A stretch of 64,000 nucleotides of DNA from an uncultured delta proteobacterium (GTDB taxonomy: Bacteria > Desulfobacterota > Binatia > JACPRU01), in assembly GCA_963745025.1 (NCBI GenBank), contig CAVUWD010000011.1, positions 96,001 to 160,000 on the forward strand. Direction: 5' to 3'. The position numbers and the translations under genes are program-made. This document shows, one piece after another, positions 1 through 8,794 of this stretch (position 1 is the first letter of the stretch; every line of letters begins with the position of its first letter). The notes beneath the pieces were generated by a model, which was not told the origin of the DNA, did no database searches, and worked only from the letters and a program-made list of their open reading frames with translations.

Positions 1-844
1 CCTCGCCGACGCCTGCGGAATCGTTTCGGCGAGCGACCGTGAGGTACCATCCGCTGGCGCACGCGGCGGGTAGGTGATCGGCAGCCCAGGAATCGAGCCG
101 CTCCACGAAGCTCGTCCCCGAGCGACAGTAGAAGAGGCTCAAGATCACGAAGCTATTCCGCCAGTCGGAGACTTCGAGCCCCTCGGCCTCGAGCAGGTCG
201 ACGATTCCCCGGCGCGTGAACTTCTGAACGTGCCCCTGATCGGGATTCGAGGTGTGCATCTCGTACTTCTCTTTCACGGATGCCATCCCCAACCGCTCGA
301 ACACGCGTCGGAGGCCATCCAATGGCCGATCCAGTCCGCAGCGCTGCCGCAGGAGCCGCTCGCTCCGCCCACCGATTTCGCGCGGGCCATAGCCGTTCGG
401 GACCGTGATGAAGATGAGGCCGGCGGGCGCAAGCTTGGCGCGCATGGCCGCGACCAGCGGCCTCGGCTCGACCAGGTGCTCGAGCACCTCCGAGCAGACG
501 ATCAGATCGAAGACGCCCTCCGCCGCCGACAGGGTGCCGTCGGTGCAAAGGAAACGTGCGTTTGGAAATCGATTCCGCTCCCTGCAGAGCTCGACGGAAT
601 GGCCGTCGACGTCTACCCCGACGACCTCGCAACCGAGCGCCGCCATGGGAAACGCGAGCGCGCCGTTGCCGCAGCCGACGTCGAGCACCCTCGGAGGCTT
701 GGCGAATTTCCCGAGTATGATCCCCGCAAGGACGGCTAGCTTCTTCTGTCCGCCTGGAAATCGCTGGTAGCTCGTCGTGCTCCAAAAATCGTGCGGTAGC
801 GGACCGGCGCGAGCATGCGCCTCGATGGTCTTCGGCGCAGTCAT
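1..844 (-). CDS. Class I SAM-dependent methyltransferase (3' end appears to run off the window)
   Basis: Absent from the ORF track (no stop seen in the window). Manual translation from ATG 844 gives MTAPKTIEAH...RVLDVGCGNGALAF (motif I) and FDLIVCSEVLEHL. The + ORF 74..739 is its antisense shadow. Confidence 0.85.
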   Translation of the reverse strand, partial: MTAPKTIEAHARAGPLPHDFWSTTSYQRFPGGQKKLAVLAGIILGKFAKPPRVLDVGCGNGALAFPMAALGCEVVGVDVDGHSVELCRERNRFPNARFLCTDGTLSAAEGVFDLIVCSEVLEHLVEPRPLVAAMRAKLAPAGLIFITVPNGYGPREIGGRSERLLRQRCGLDRPLDGLRRVFERLGMASVKEKYEMHTSNPDQGHVQKFTRRGIVDLLEAEGLEVSDWRNSFVILSLFYCRSGTSFVERLDSWAADHLPAACASGWYLTVARRNDSAGVGE

Positions 845-992
845 CACGCTTCACCTTGGCTTCGTCCGCTCGTCGGAGACAACCTGCAACGAATCCTCTG
901 GTTGCGCAACCGATACGATCCGATGGCCCGCTCCATTGAAAAGGCAGAGCACGACGTTGATTTCCACCGGTGGATCTGAGAGACCGCGGGGC

Positions 993-1607
993 ATGACGCG
1001 ACCATATCTGACCCTCGTGGCAACGCTCGCGTTCGCCATCGGGGCCGTAACGGCGGGGTGCACCATGGCTGACGACGGCAAGCCGCAGAACCCGAACGAT
1101 CCGATCGTCTCGATGTCGACCTCGGTGGGTGACTTGAAGATCGAGCTCTACAAGGACAAGGCGCCGGCGACGGTGGCGAACTTCCTCTCTTACGTGAACG
1201 ACAAGGCGTACGACGGCACGATCTTCCACCGCGTGATCCCGCATTTCATGATCCAGGGCGGCGGCTTCACGCCCGACATGAAGCAGAAGCCGACGAAGGC
1301 GGCGATCAAGAACGAAGCGGGAAACGGGCTGAAGAACGATTTCGGCACGCTCGCGATGGCGCGGACGAGCGACGTCAACAGCGCCACCGCCCAGTTCTTC
1401 ATCAACGCCAAGGACAACGACTTCCTGAATCACAAGGACAACACCATCGAGGGCTTCGGTTACTGTGTATTCGGCAAGGTGATCGAGGGCTCCAAGGTCG
1501 TGCAGAAGATCGAGGCTGTGGAGACCGAAACCAAGGGGATGTACGAAGACGTCCCCGTCGAACCGGTGATCATCAAGTCGATCAAGGTGGTGAGCGCAGG
1601 GAAGTGA
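993..1607 (+). CDS. ppiA: Cyclophilin-type peptidyl-prolyl cis-trans isomerase, exported/lipoprotein
   Basis: YDGTIFHRVIPHFMIQGGG, GTLAMART, SATAQFFIN and GYCVFGKV motifs; N-terminal hydrophobic signal ending VTAGC. Start set to ATG 993. Confidence 0.92.
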   Translation: MTRPYLTLVATLAFAIGAVTAGCTMADDGKPQNPNDPIVSMSTSVGDLKIELYKDKAPATVANFLSYVNDKAYDGTIFHRVIPHFMIQGGGFTPDMKQKPTKAAIKNEAGNGLKNDFGTLAMARTSDVNSATAQFFINAKDNDFLNHKDNTIEGFGYCVFGKVIEGSKVVQKIEAVETETKGMYEDVPVEPVIIKSIKVVSAGK

Positions 1608-1622
1608 AGGCACCGGAGAGGT

Positions 1623-1666
1623 GCTACCGGCTTCCGGCATAGACTCCACGATGCCGTTTCGGTAGC
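1623..1666 (+). terminator. Stem-loop downstream of ppiA (possible terminator)
   Basis: GCTACCG/CGGTAGC outer arms and CGGCAT/ATGCCG inner arms; no clear U-tract. Confidence 0.3.
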
Positions 1667-1687
1667 CGGCAACCGCTAGTCGTTCTC

Positions 1688-1942
1688 ATGAACTTCGCCG
1701 TGACACTTTCCCAAGCGGCGCTGCGCGAGGAGGTCCGTGCCTTCTACGACGACCTCCGGAGCGCGGCACGTCTGCCGCGACCCGAGCGCCTGAACACCCG
1801 GCCTCTTCTGAGCCGCTTCGCCGAGTCGGACGGGCACGCTCCCGAAGTTGGGCCCGGGCGAGTGGACGCACCCGAGGTCGACGAGATCATCGCCATCTCC
1901 CGGCGCGACACGCGCTCGCATCAACGGGGGAGGGATTCGTGA
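1688..1942 (+). pseudogene. Possible remnant of an acyl-CoA dehydrogenase N-terminus
   Basis: MNFAVTLSQAALREEVRAFYDDL resembles the typical acyl-CoA dehydrogenase first helix (MDFxLTxEQxxLRxEVRxF). The remainder shows no recognisable similarity and the ORF is only 84 aa. Confidence 0.3.
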
Positions 1943-2754
1943 CGCGAGTCCTCTCGCCGCTCGTCGTCGGCGTCCGCTGAACCGCCGCGCCGGCCGAAGC
2001 AAACGCCTCGTTTCGAAGTGCGAATGAATTCCACAAGCTCGCCCACCTCCGGTGAGAGCGGCTCCCGTTCGAGCTCGGCGAGCGCGAGCGTCAGATTTCG
2101 CGGGCGCAGGAAGAGAATCTTGAACGCATCGCGGATCGCCCGGATGGCCGACGCCGAGAAGCCGGCGCGACGAAGACCGACGAGATTGACGGCGCGCACG
2201 GAGTGCGTGCCGTCCATGATGCAGAACGGGGGTACGTCGCGACTGGTGCGCGAGAGTCCTCGCAGCAGCGCGAGTCGGCCGATGCGCACGAATTGATGGA
2301 CCACGCAGTTTCCGGAGACGAAGCCGCGGTCGCCGAGCTCCACGTAGCCCGACAGCATGGCGCCTCCCGCGACGATGGCGTCGTTGCCGATCCGGCAATT
2401 GTGCGCGACGTGACTGTTCTGCATGAAGTAGTTGCGGTCGCCGATGAACGTCTCGCTCCCCGGCTTGGTGCCGCGGTGGATCGTCGAGTTCTCGCGGAAG
2501 ACGTTGCCGTTGCCGATGCGAAGGAAGGATTCTGCTCCTGCGAACGCGAGGTCTTGAGGGACATCCCCGAGCACGACGCCCGAATGAACCCGGTTGTCGG
2601 CGCCGATCTCGGCGCCGCCGGTGATCACTACGTGCGCGTGAACGCGCGTTCGCTCACCGAGGCGCACACGCCCCTCGATCACAACGTAGGGGCCGATCTC
2701 GGCGCTCGCATCGATCTCGGCGCGCGGATCCACGATCGCCGTCGGATGGATCAC
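1921..2754 (-). CDS. lpxA: Acyl-ACP--UDP-N-acetylglucosamine O-acyltransferase
   Basis: [14 protein letters not shown] start, hexapeptide repeats, [22 protein letters not shown] (catalytic His region), [18 protein letters not shown]. Confidence 0.93.
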   Translation of the reverse strand: MIHPTAIVDPRAEIDASAEIGPYVVIEGRVRLGERTRVHAHVVITGGAEIGADNRVHSGVVLGDVPQDLAFAGAESFLRIGNGNVFRENSTIHRGTKPGSETFIGDRNYFMQNSHVAHNCRIGNDAIVAGGAMLSGYVELGDRGFVSGNCVVHQFVRIGRLALLRGLSRTSRDVPPFCIMDGTHSVRAVNLVGLRRAGFSASAIRAIRDAFKILFLRPRNLTLALAELEREPLSPEVGELVEFIRTSKRGVCFGRRGGSADADDERREDSRHESLPR

Positions 2755-2951
2755 CCGTTACCCTCTTCGCCGTCCCGCTTCCCGTCCTCGGAGGGTGCCT
2801 TCTCACCGGCAATCCGATAGCGCTCGGCCGCCCAGTTGCCGAGATCCCGGAGCTTACAGCGCTCCGAGCAGAACGGGCGGCAGGGATTCCCCGTCCAACG
2901 CGCCGTCTGGTGGCACGTCGGACACCGCACGGACTCCGGGACGGGAGACAC
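2751..2951 (-). CDS. yacG: DNA gyrase inhibitor YacG (zinc finger)
   Basis: CPTC...[23 protein letters not shown]; 4-nt overlap with lpxA. Confidence 0.93.
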   Translation of the reverse strand: MSPVPESVRCPTCHQTARWTGNPCRPFCSERCKLRDLGNWAAERYRIAGEKAPSEDGKRDGEEGNG

Positions 2952-3043
2952 TCGCCCTAGGTTACACTACGGAAAGCTCTTCGCCACCTCGGCGAGCTCT
3001 TTTTTCGCTTCGTCCGGCAGGCCCGCCTCCTCGGCAACACCCG

Positions 3044-4216
3044 TCAAAGGTCGCCGGCTCGTCGTTCGGCGAAGCGCAGGCCGATGAGCGCGAGCGGAAA
3101 CACCCAGAGCCCGATCGCCATTGCCCAGACGAACCAGTGAATCTCGCCGATCAGGCCGAGGAAAAAGAACAGATAGGCGAACTCGCGGTTTCCGAACAGC
3201 TCCATGAGCCCCTCTGCGCGGGCGGACGGATTCCCGCGCGCGATTACCCAGTAGACGGCGACCCAGGTGACGATCACCCCACCGACTGCAATCACGCCGA
3301 GGCGCAGATAGGGGCCGCTCGGATCCGCGAAGTAGGCGTGCAACGCCACACAGGGAAAGAGCACGGCATGCACGACGTTGTCACCGACGATGTCGAGCTT
3401 CGCTCCTTCGGCCGACTCCTGAAATTTGAGTCGGGCGATCTCGCCGTCGCACCCGTCGATGATCGTCGAGGCGAGGAAGAGGAACGAGCCGAGCAGCCCG
3501 AATCCGTAGGTCGGGCGGAGAAGGAGCAGCGCACCGACGATGCCGAGACCGATCGAGAAGATCGTGATGTGGTTCGGCGTGATCGGATACGGCGCGAGCC
3601 AGCGCGAGATCGCCCGTGACATCGCGCGATCGACGTAGCGGGCGAAACGATTCGTGGTGTTGCGCGCCAGCCTCTCGAAGAGCGCGTCCTCGGCCGCGCG
3701 GACGCCGTGATCGAACGTCACGCGCACGTAGAGAGGCGGCGCTTCGATCCGGCGAAACGTCCGTGCGCGTTGGCGGAGCGGGCTCCAACCGGTCGCGACG
3801 AGGGCGGCGATCTCGTCGCCATCGGCGGAGAATGGCCCCTCGGCCGAAGCCGCCGCCGGCTCGCCGCGCGCGGCCGCCAGCTCGGCGAGATGTGCGGCGT
3901 CGACGATCCAGCGGTCGGAGAACACCACCCAGCGCCCGCCCGCCGCACGGATGCCATCGAGCCATCCCTCGGCGGGGCGGAGCACCTCCCATTGCCTGCC
4001 GGCGAGATGGCGGTCGTCCGAGAGCGCCCGGCGGATCCCCTCCGCCAGGCCATCCGCGACGATGATGATGCGCTCGAAGCCCGCGCGACATGCCGTGTAG
4101 ACCGCGCGCCGCCACAGCTCGAGTCCCGCGACCCGATCCGAAGGCTCGCTACACCAGACCAGGATCTGGCTGCCGGGCACGCGTCGGTCGAGGCCGCCGC
4201 TCAAATCGAGCGCCAT
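3044..4216 (-). CDS. CDP-alcohol phosphatidyltransferase family protein with N-terminal degenerate nucleotidyltransferase-like domain (IPCT/DIPPS-like architecture)
   Basis: ITPNHIT and DGCDGEIARLKFQESAEGAKLDIVGD match the DxxDGxxAR...GxxxDxxxD signature. N-terminal VAGLELWRRAVYTACRAGFERIIIV is NTP-transferase-like. ATG 4216 overlaps the upstream TGA. Confidence 0.85.
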   Translation of the reverse strand: MALDLSGGLDRRVPGSQILVWCSEPSDRVAGLELWRRAVYTACRAGFERIIIVADGLAEGIRRALSDDRHLAGRQWEVLRPAEGWLDGIRAAGGRWVVFSDRWIVDAAHLAELAAARGEPAAASAEGPFSADGDEIAALVATGWSPLRQRARTFRRIEAPPLYVRVTFDHGVRAAEDALFERLARNTTNRFARYVDRAMSRAISRWLAPYPITPNHITIFSIGLGIVGALLLLRPTYGFGLLGSFLFLASTIIDGCDGEIARLKFQESAEGAKLDIVGDNVVHAVLFPCVALHAYFADPSGPYLRLGVIAVGGVIVTWVAVYWVIARGNPSARAEGLMELFGNREFAYLFFFLGLIGEIHWFVWAMAIGLWVFPLALIGLRFAERRAGDL

Positions 4217-5250
4217 CAGCCCTCTTCCCGGGCCGGCTCCGTCGGCTCGACGAGCGAGACGAGCTGCCCGTCGGAACGATAGGCGGCCGCCACCAGCTCG
4301 GCCACACAGACTGCCTCGGCGAGATTTCGCCCGCGCTGGTCCGCGTGCTGCATCTCGGCGCGGAAATCTTCGAGCAGCGCCGGAAACCACTCGGGATGGT
4401 AGGAACTCGCCGAGAGCGGCGGCGAGAAGCGGGTTTCCTCGGCGGGTCGATTGGTCGGGGTCACCACGAGGCGATCGTCCTCGATCGCAATATCGCCGAG
4501 GGAGCCACGAACGACGCCCGCGGTTCGGCGCTCGGCCGCTCCCCAGCGGAGCTCGATTCGCCCCCGTGGCCCGCCGAAGTCGATCTCGCACTCGACACGA
4601 TCTTCGACGCCGAAGCCGAGCTCGGCACCGATTCGCGCCGAGATCGATCGCGGCGGCCGCCCGGTGAGGAACCGCATGAGATAGAAGGCATGCCAGCCGT
4701 GGTCCATGAGAATGCCTCCACCCGCCTGCTCGCGATCGAGACGCCAGCCCGCCTCGCTCGCCCCTCGCGGTGGGTTCGGCCGGAGCACCCGCCAATCGAT
4801 CGCGACGAGCTCGCCGATCGCGCCGGCGCGCAACAAGCCGTGAAGGCGGCGGAAGAGCGGCGCGTACTTCCAGTTGTGAACGGTGAATACCGCGCGCCCG
4901 CTTCGCCGGGCGACCCTACGGATCTCGCCGATCTCGCCGAGATCGAGGGCGAGCGGCTTCTCGCAGAGCACATGGAGGCCGCGATCGAGCGCCTCGATCA
5001 CGATCGGAGCGTGGAAGCGCGGCGGCGTGGCGACGTCGACGAAGTCGAGCTTCGGCTCCGCTTCCACCGCAGAAGCGAAATCGCCGTAGGCCCGCGCGCC
5101 GGGCAGCGCGGCGAGCGCTCGAGCCCGCTCCGCTTCGGAGGGCTCGATCACGGCCGCGATCTCGAAGGCCGGCGTCGCCCGGAAGCCCGGCAGGTGCGCT
5201 TCGGCGGCAACCCGGCCGAAGCCGATGATCGCACCCCTGTGTTTCTTCAC
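4216..5250 (-). CDS. Gfo/Idh/MocA family NAD(P)-dependent oxidoreductase
   Basis: AIIGFGRVA Rossmann motif, VATPPRFH, HVLCEKPLA, GGGILMDHGWH. Confidence 0.92.
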   Translation of the reverse strand: MKKHRGAIIGFGRVAAEAHLPGFRATPAFEIAAVIEPSEAERARALAALPGARAYGDFASAVEAEPKLDFVDVATPPRFHAPIVIEALDRGLHVLCEKPLALDLGEIGEIRRVARRSGRAVFTVHNWKYAPLFRRLHGLLRAGAIGELVAIDWRVLRPNPPRGASEAGWRLDREQAGGGILMDHGWHAFYLMRFLTGRPPRSISARIGAELGFGVEDRVECEIDFGGPRGRIELRWGAAERRTAGVVRGSLGDIAIEDDRLVVTPTNRPAEETRFSPPLSASSYHPEWFPALLEDFRAEMQHADQRGRNLAEAVCVAELVAAAYRSDGQLVSLVEPTEPAREEG

Positions 5251-6596
5251 CGATAGCTGCCATCACGGGCGATCTCGGCGAATACCTCGTCGAGGACACC
5301 GAGCCCGGCGTCCATCTCTTCACGGGTGATCGTCAGGGGCGGATTGATGCGCACGCGCGGCATGTAGCCCATGATCAGCAGCCCGCGACGCAGACACTCG
5401 AGAAAGATCCGCTCGGTGACCTTCTTGGGGAGCGGTTCCTTCGTCTTGCGATCCTTGACGAGATCGAGCCCGATGAGCAGTCCGACACCGCGGACGTCGC
5501 CGAGGAACTCGTACTTCTCCTGCATGGCTCGAAGGCGCGATTTCATCTCCGCCCCGAGATCCGCGGAGCGCTCCACGAGATTCTCGTCGATGATGGTTTC
5601 GAGCGTGGCGAGCGCGGCGGTGGCGGCGAGCGGGTTACCGCCGTAGCTCGAAGAAGCGCCCGATGGCTTCGCCCATGGCTCGGCCCGCGAGATGTCGTCG
5701 GTCGAGATCACCGCCGTGACCGGGTAGCCGGAGGCCATGCCCTTGCCGGTCGTCATGATGTCGGGAACGACGCCGCTGTGCTCTACGCCGAACATCTTGC
5801 CGGTGCGGGCGAAGCCGGTGATCATCTCATCGGCGATCAACAGGGCTCCCGCCTCGTGTGCGATGTCGCGGATCGCGGGCAAGAATTCGGGCGGCGGCAC
5901 GACGTTGCCGGCTGTTCCCTGCATCGGTTCGATGAGCACCGCGCTGACGGCGCCGGAGGTCGCATTCCGGATGGTCTTCCGCGCGAACTCGGCGCAGGCC
6001 ACGCCGCAGCTCGGGTAGTCGAGGCCGATCGGGCAGCGGTAGCAGTCGGCGTAGGGCGTGAGAAATCGTCCCCCGGGAAGCGGCCCCCAGCCGTGCTTGC
6101 CCTCGTCACCCATCAGCCCCATCACGCCGGTCGTCTTTCCGTGGAAGCCGCCCCAAAAGCCGACGACCTCGTACGACTTGGTGTAGGACTTGGCGAGCCG
6201 GATCGCGGCCTCCACGGCCTCCGCCCCACTCGAATAGAGCTGCGCTCGGTCGAGCGCGCCGGGCATCACGGCGGCGAGCTTCTTCAGAAAGTCCAGGCGG
6301 TTCGGGGTGGTGAAGCTGCCGACCGAGATCCGTCGAATCTGCGCTTCCATCCGCTCGACCCAGTGCGGATGCGAGTGGCCGAGGCTCGCCACGGCCACGC
6401 CCGCAAAGAAGTCGACGTAGCGGTTGCCGTCGGCATCCTCGATCGTCGCACCCTTCCCGGACGTGAGCGTCAGCTCGGACATCAGCGCGATGCGCTGGAG
6501 GCCAGGCGCGATCGTCCGCTGCTCCTCGGCGAAGATCCGCCGCGACTCGGGCCCGGGGCGAGCGAGAGTCATGCGCCCTTTTTCCTTCACATCCAT
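5247..6596 (-). CDS. Class-III PLP-dependent aminotransferase
   Basis: DADGNRYVDF, SSGAEAVEAAIRLA, FHGKT, EPMQGTAG, LIADEMITGFARTG, PDIMTTGKGMASG (PLP lysine). Confidence 0.93.
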   Translation of the reverse strand: MDVKEKGRMTLARPGPESRRIFAEEQRTIAPGLQRIALMSELTLTSGKGATIEDADGNRYVDFFAGVAVASLGHSHPHWVERMEAQIRRISVGSFTTPNRLDFLKKLAAVMPGALDRAQLYSSGAEAVEAAIRLAKSYTKSYEVVGFWGGFHGKTTGVMGLMGDEGKHGWGPLPGGRFLTPYADCYRCPIGLDYPSCGVACAEFARKTIRNATSGAVSAVLIEPMQGTAGNVVPPPEFLPAIRDIAHEAGALLIADEMITGFARTGKMFGVEHSGVVPDIMTTGKGMASGYPVTAVISTDDISRAEPWAKPSGASSSYGGNPLAATAALATLETIIDENLVERSADLGAEMKSRLRAMQEKYEFLGDVRGVGLLIGLDLVKDRKTKEPLPKKVTERIFLECLRRGLLIMGYMPRVRINPPLTITREEMDAGLGVLDEVFAEIARDGSYR

Positions 6597-6600
6597 CGTT

Positions 6601-7416
6601 TTATCGCTCGGCTACGGGGCTACGGGGGCACGGTGCCTCTCGCGTAGCCGTTATTTCCCTCAGCCGCCGGCCTATCGCTCCCGCCGCCTCGGTCCGGCAG
6701 CGGGAGAAGCTCGGCCAGTCGTTGAAGTCGATCAGCGTGAGCGATCTGTCGGCGGCGCAGACGCCGTCACCGCCGTAGACGTCGAGCCCGAGCGCGGCGG
6801 CCCCGCGCTCGGCCAGCGTCGCAGCGCGGTCCTGCTGGCCGGCGGGCAACCCGTAGGCCCGGAAGAACCCCCCTTTGACTCCATAGAACTTGTACACGGC
6901 TCCCTCGACGTGCTCCTGCACGATCGCTTGGCCAATACCCCGGTGCTCGAACTCTGCGGTCATTCGCGCCCAGTCGTCCTCCGTGAATACTCGATGTACG
7001 TCGCCCGCCTGCATGGCATGCACATCCCCGCGTTTCAACCACGGACCCGAACCGAGAGACCCAGGAAATCGCTCGCCCGCGAGCGCCCAGCGGGGCTGCG
7101 GCACGCCCGCTCGCGCGAGCCGTTCGACGAGATTCGTGCGATGGCAGCCGCGGATGGCCTCGGGATGGTTCACCACGGGGGTCCGCTTTGCGACCTCGTC
7201 CAGCCATCCGAGCGCCGCGGCGCTCTGACACATGGCGAAGACCAACGCGGGACGAGTCTCCAATCGTGGCAATCGGTCGCCGTCGAGCATGCGCACCCGG
7301 AGGCCAGCGCGGCGGAGCTCCGCGGCGACGAGGTCGATGATGGCGCGGTCGTCCTCCACCTTGCCGGGAGAAAAGCGCTCCTCCCGATAGATGCCGATGA
7401 CGTCGCCCTCAGCCAT
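6601..7416 (-). CDS. ATP-grasp fold protein of unknown function
   Basis: VVNHPEAIRGCHR, WLKRGDVH, IVQEHVEG-x-x-YKFYGV, LGLDVYGGD and IDFNDWPSF follow a RimK/ITPK1-like ATP-grasp pattern. Confidence 0.75.
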   Translation of the reverse strand: MAEGDVIGIYREERFSPGKVEDDRAIIDLVAAELRRAGLRVRMLDGDRLPRLETRPALVFAMCQSAAALGWLDEVAKRTPVVNHPEAIRGCHRTNLVERLARAGVPQPRWALAGERFPGSLGSGPWLKRGDVHAMQAGDVHRVFTEDDWARMTAEFEHRGIGQAIVQEHVEGAVYKFYGVKGGFFRAYGLPAGQQDRAATLAERGAAALGLDVYGGDGVCAADRSLTLIDFNDWPSFSRCRTEAAGAIGRRLREITATREAPCPRSPVAER

Positions 7417-8107
7417 TGACCTTCAGGAATTGCTCCGCGACCGCGACGTCCTCGGGACGATCGACGTCCACCGAGTCGCCGGCCCGGAACCCGTGGAGCG
7501 GCGCACCCTCCTCGACGAGAAGCGCGAGAAATTCGCGAAGCGCCGAGAGCTTTCGCCGGCGCGCCTCGCCGACGTGGTCGTAGACGACCGGGAAGAAGAA
7601 GTATGCCCCGCTCGTCACCCAGCCGCTTCCCACAGCGGTTGCGCCGAGCGCGACGATCTCCTCCTCTGCCCCGAGTCTTACCCAGAGCGGTTTTTCGTCG
7701 TCCACGAAGCTCGTGACCGCCAGCGTCCCCGTCGGTCCCGCGGCGAGGCCGGCGCGCGCCAGCGCTGCGAGCGTCCGCTTGGCGGTGATCGCGTCGACGG
7801 TGGTGAGAAGGAATGGGGAGTCGTGCAGCTGAGGCTCGAGGGCGAAGAAGCTCTCCATCGAACTCGGTGTCGTCTTCACCGTGAGCTCGACCGGTACCGG
7901 CCATCGCTCTGCGCGCACGTAGCGAGCGACCTCGGGGAACTCGGCATTGACGATCAGCGCCACCGTTTCCGCTCCGGAGGCGGCCGCCGACTCGATCGCG
8001 CGCCGCAGCAGCGTCTTGCCCCCCACGTTCAAGAGCGGCTTCGGGGTGGCGATGCCGGCGCTGCGAAAGCGCTCTCCGAGGCCGGCGGCGATGATCCCCG
8101 CCTTCAT
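7409..8107 (-). CDS. NTP transferase (sugar/polyol-phosphate nucleotidyltransferase)
   Basis: MKAGIIAAGLGERF...PKPLLNVGG N-terminal signature and DVDRPED C-terminal motif. ATG 8107 overlaps the HAD stop codon. Confidence 0.9.
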   Translation of the reverse strand: MKAGIIAAGLGERFRSAGIATPKPLLNVGGKTLLRRAIESAAASGAETVALIVNAEFPEVARYVRAERWPVPVELTVKTTPSSMESFFALEPQLHDSPFLLTTVDAITAKRTLAALARAGLAAGPTGTLAVTSFVDDEKPLWVRLGAEEEIVALGATAVGSGWVTSGAYFFFPVVYDHVGEARRRKLSALREFLALLVEEGAPLHGFRAGDSVDVDRPEDVAVAEQFLKVNG

Positions 8108-8790
8108 CGAAGCGCTCCGCCCGGAAGCGGCTCTATCTCCTCGAGCCGGGAAATCACCCGATCGGCGATGCCCGCCTCCGGCGGTGGCGCGCTTCCGCGG
8201 CGGAGCCAGATCGCGCGCATGCCGATCGTCCGTGCGGCGCGAACGTCGCGGTCGAAGTTGTCGCCGACCATGACGACGTCCTCGGGGGGAAGCGCCAGCC
8301 GTGCGGCGGCGAGCCGATAGATCGCCGGATCGGGCTTCTCGATTCCGACCCGCACCGATTCGACGACCGCATCGAGGAACGGCGAAAGGCCGGCTTCCTC
8401 GAGAAGGACATCGAGATTTCCGTAGAAGTTGGAGACCACTCCGAGCCGCGATCCCCCGTGCAAACGCGACAGCGTCGCGCGCGAACGCTGCCAGCCCTCT
8501 GCGGTCATTTCGCAAAATCCCCGGACGACCTCGGCGGCGAAGCGCCGCGCACCGCCGCCGAGCACGGCCATCTGCAGCTCGACGTGACGCTCGAGAAGAG
8601 CGCGGAGTCGTAATCCCTGGCGTCGTGCTTCTTCAGCGATGATCTGCTCCGCACCGTAGAACGCCTGCTTGATCTGCTGCTCGGGTATTTGGCAGCCAGA
8701 GCGCCGGTAGAGGTAAAGCGTGCGATCGAACCAGTGCCAGCCCTCGCCGTCGAGCGTGCCGCCGTAATCGAAGAGATAGCCGCGAGGCAG
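8104..8790 (-). CDS. HAD-superfamily hydrolase (apparent CTG start)
   Basis: The frame extends upstream of the track ATG (8571) to include motif I GYLFDYGGTLD; also VVSN, EKPDPAIY and MVGDNFDRDV. The only plausible start is CTG at 8790, with GGAGGA 8 nt upstream and an in-frame TGA at 8839-8841. Confidence 0.88.
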   Translation of the reverse strand: MPRGYLFDYGGTLDGEGWHWFDRTLYLYRRSGCQIPEQQIKQAFYGAEQIIAEEARRQGLRLRALLERHVELQMAVLGGGARRFAAEVVRGFCEMTAEGWQRSRATLSRLHGGSRLGVVSNFYGNLDVLLEEAGLSPFLDAVVESVRVGIEKPDPAIYRLAAARLALPPEDVVMVGDNFDRDVRAARTIGMRAIWLRRGSAPPPEAGIADRVISRLEEIEPLPGGALR

Positions 8791-8794
8791 ACCG

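Noticed and set aside
74-739. 221-aa + strand ORF, and the many other long overlapping ORFs (e.g. 153..1649, 8819..10189, 19393..21204, 40099..42240, 49663..51693, 53675..55207)
   Set aside because: Antisense or alternate-frame shadows of well-supported genes in high-GC DNA; Arg/Pro/Ala-rich with no motifs.
5247-6596. Calling the class-III aminotransferase hpnO (aminohopanoid synthesis)
   Set aside because: It is about 50 kb from shc and embedded in a different coupled operon; family membership alone does not support the assignment.
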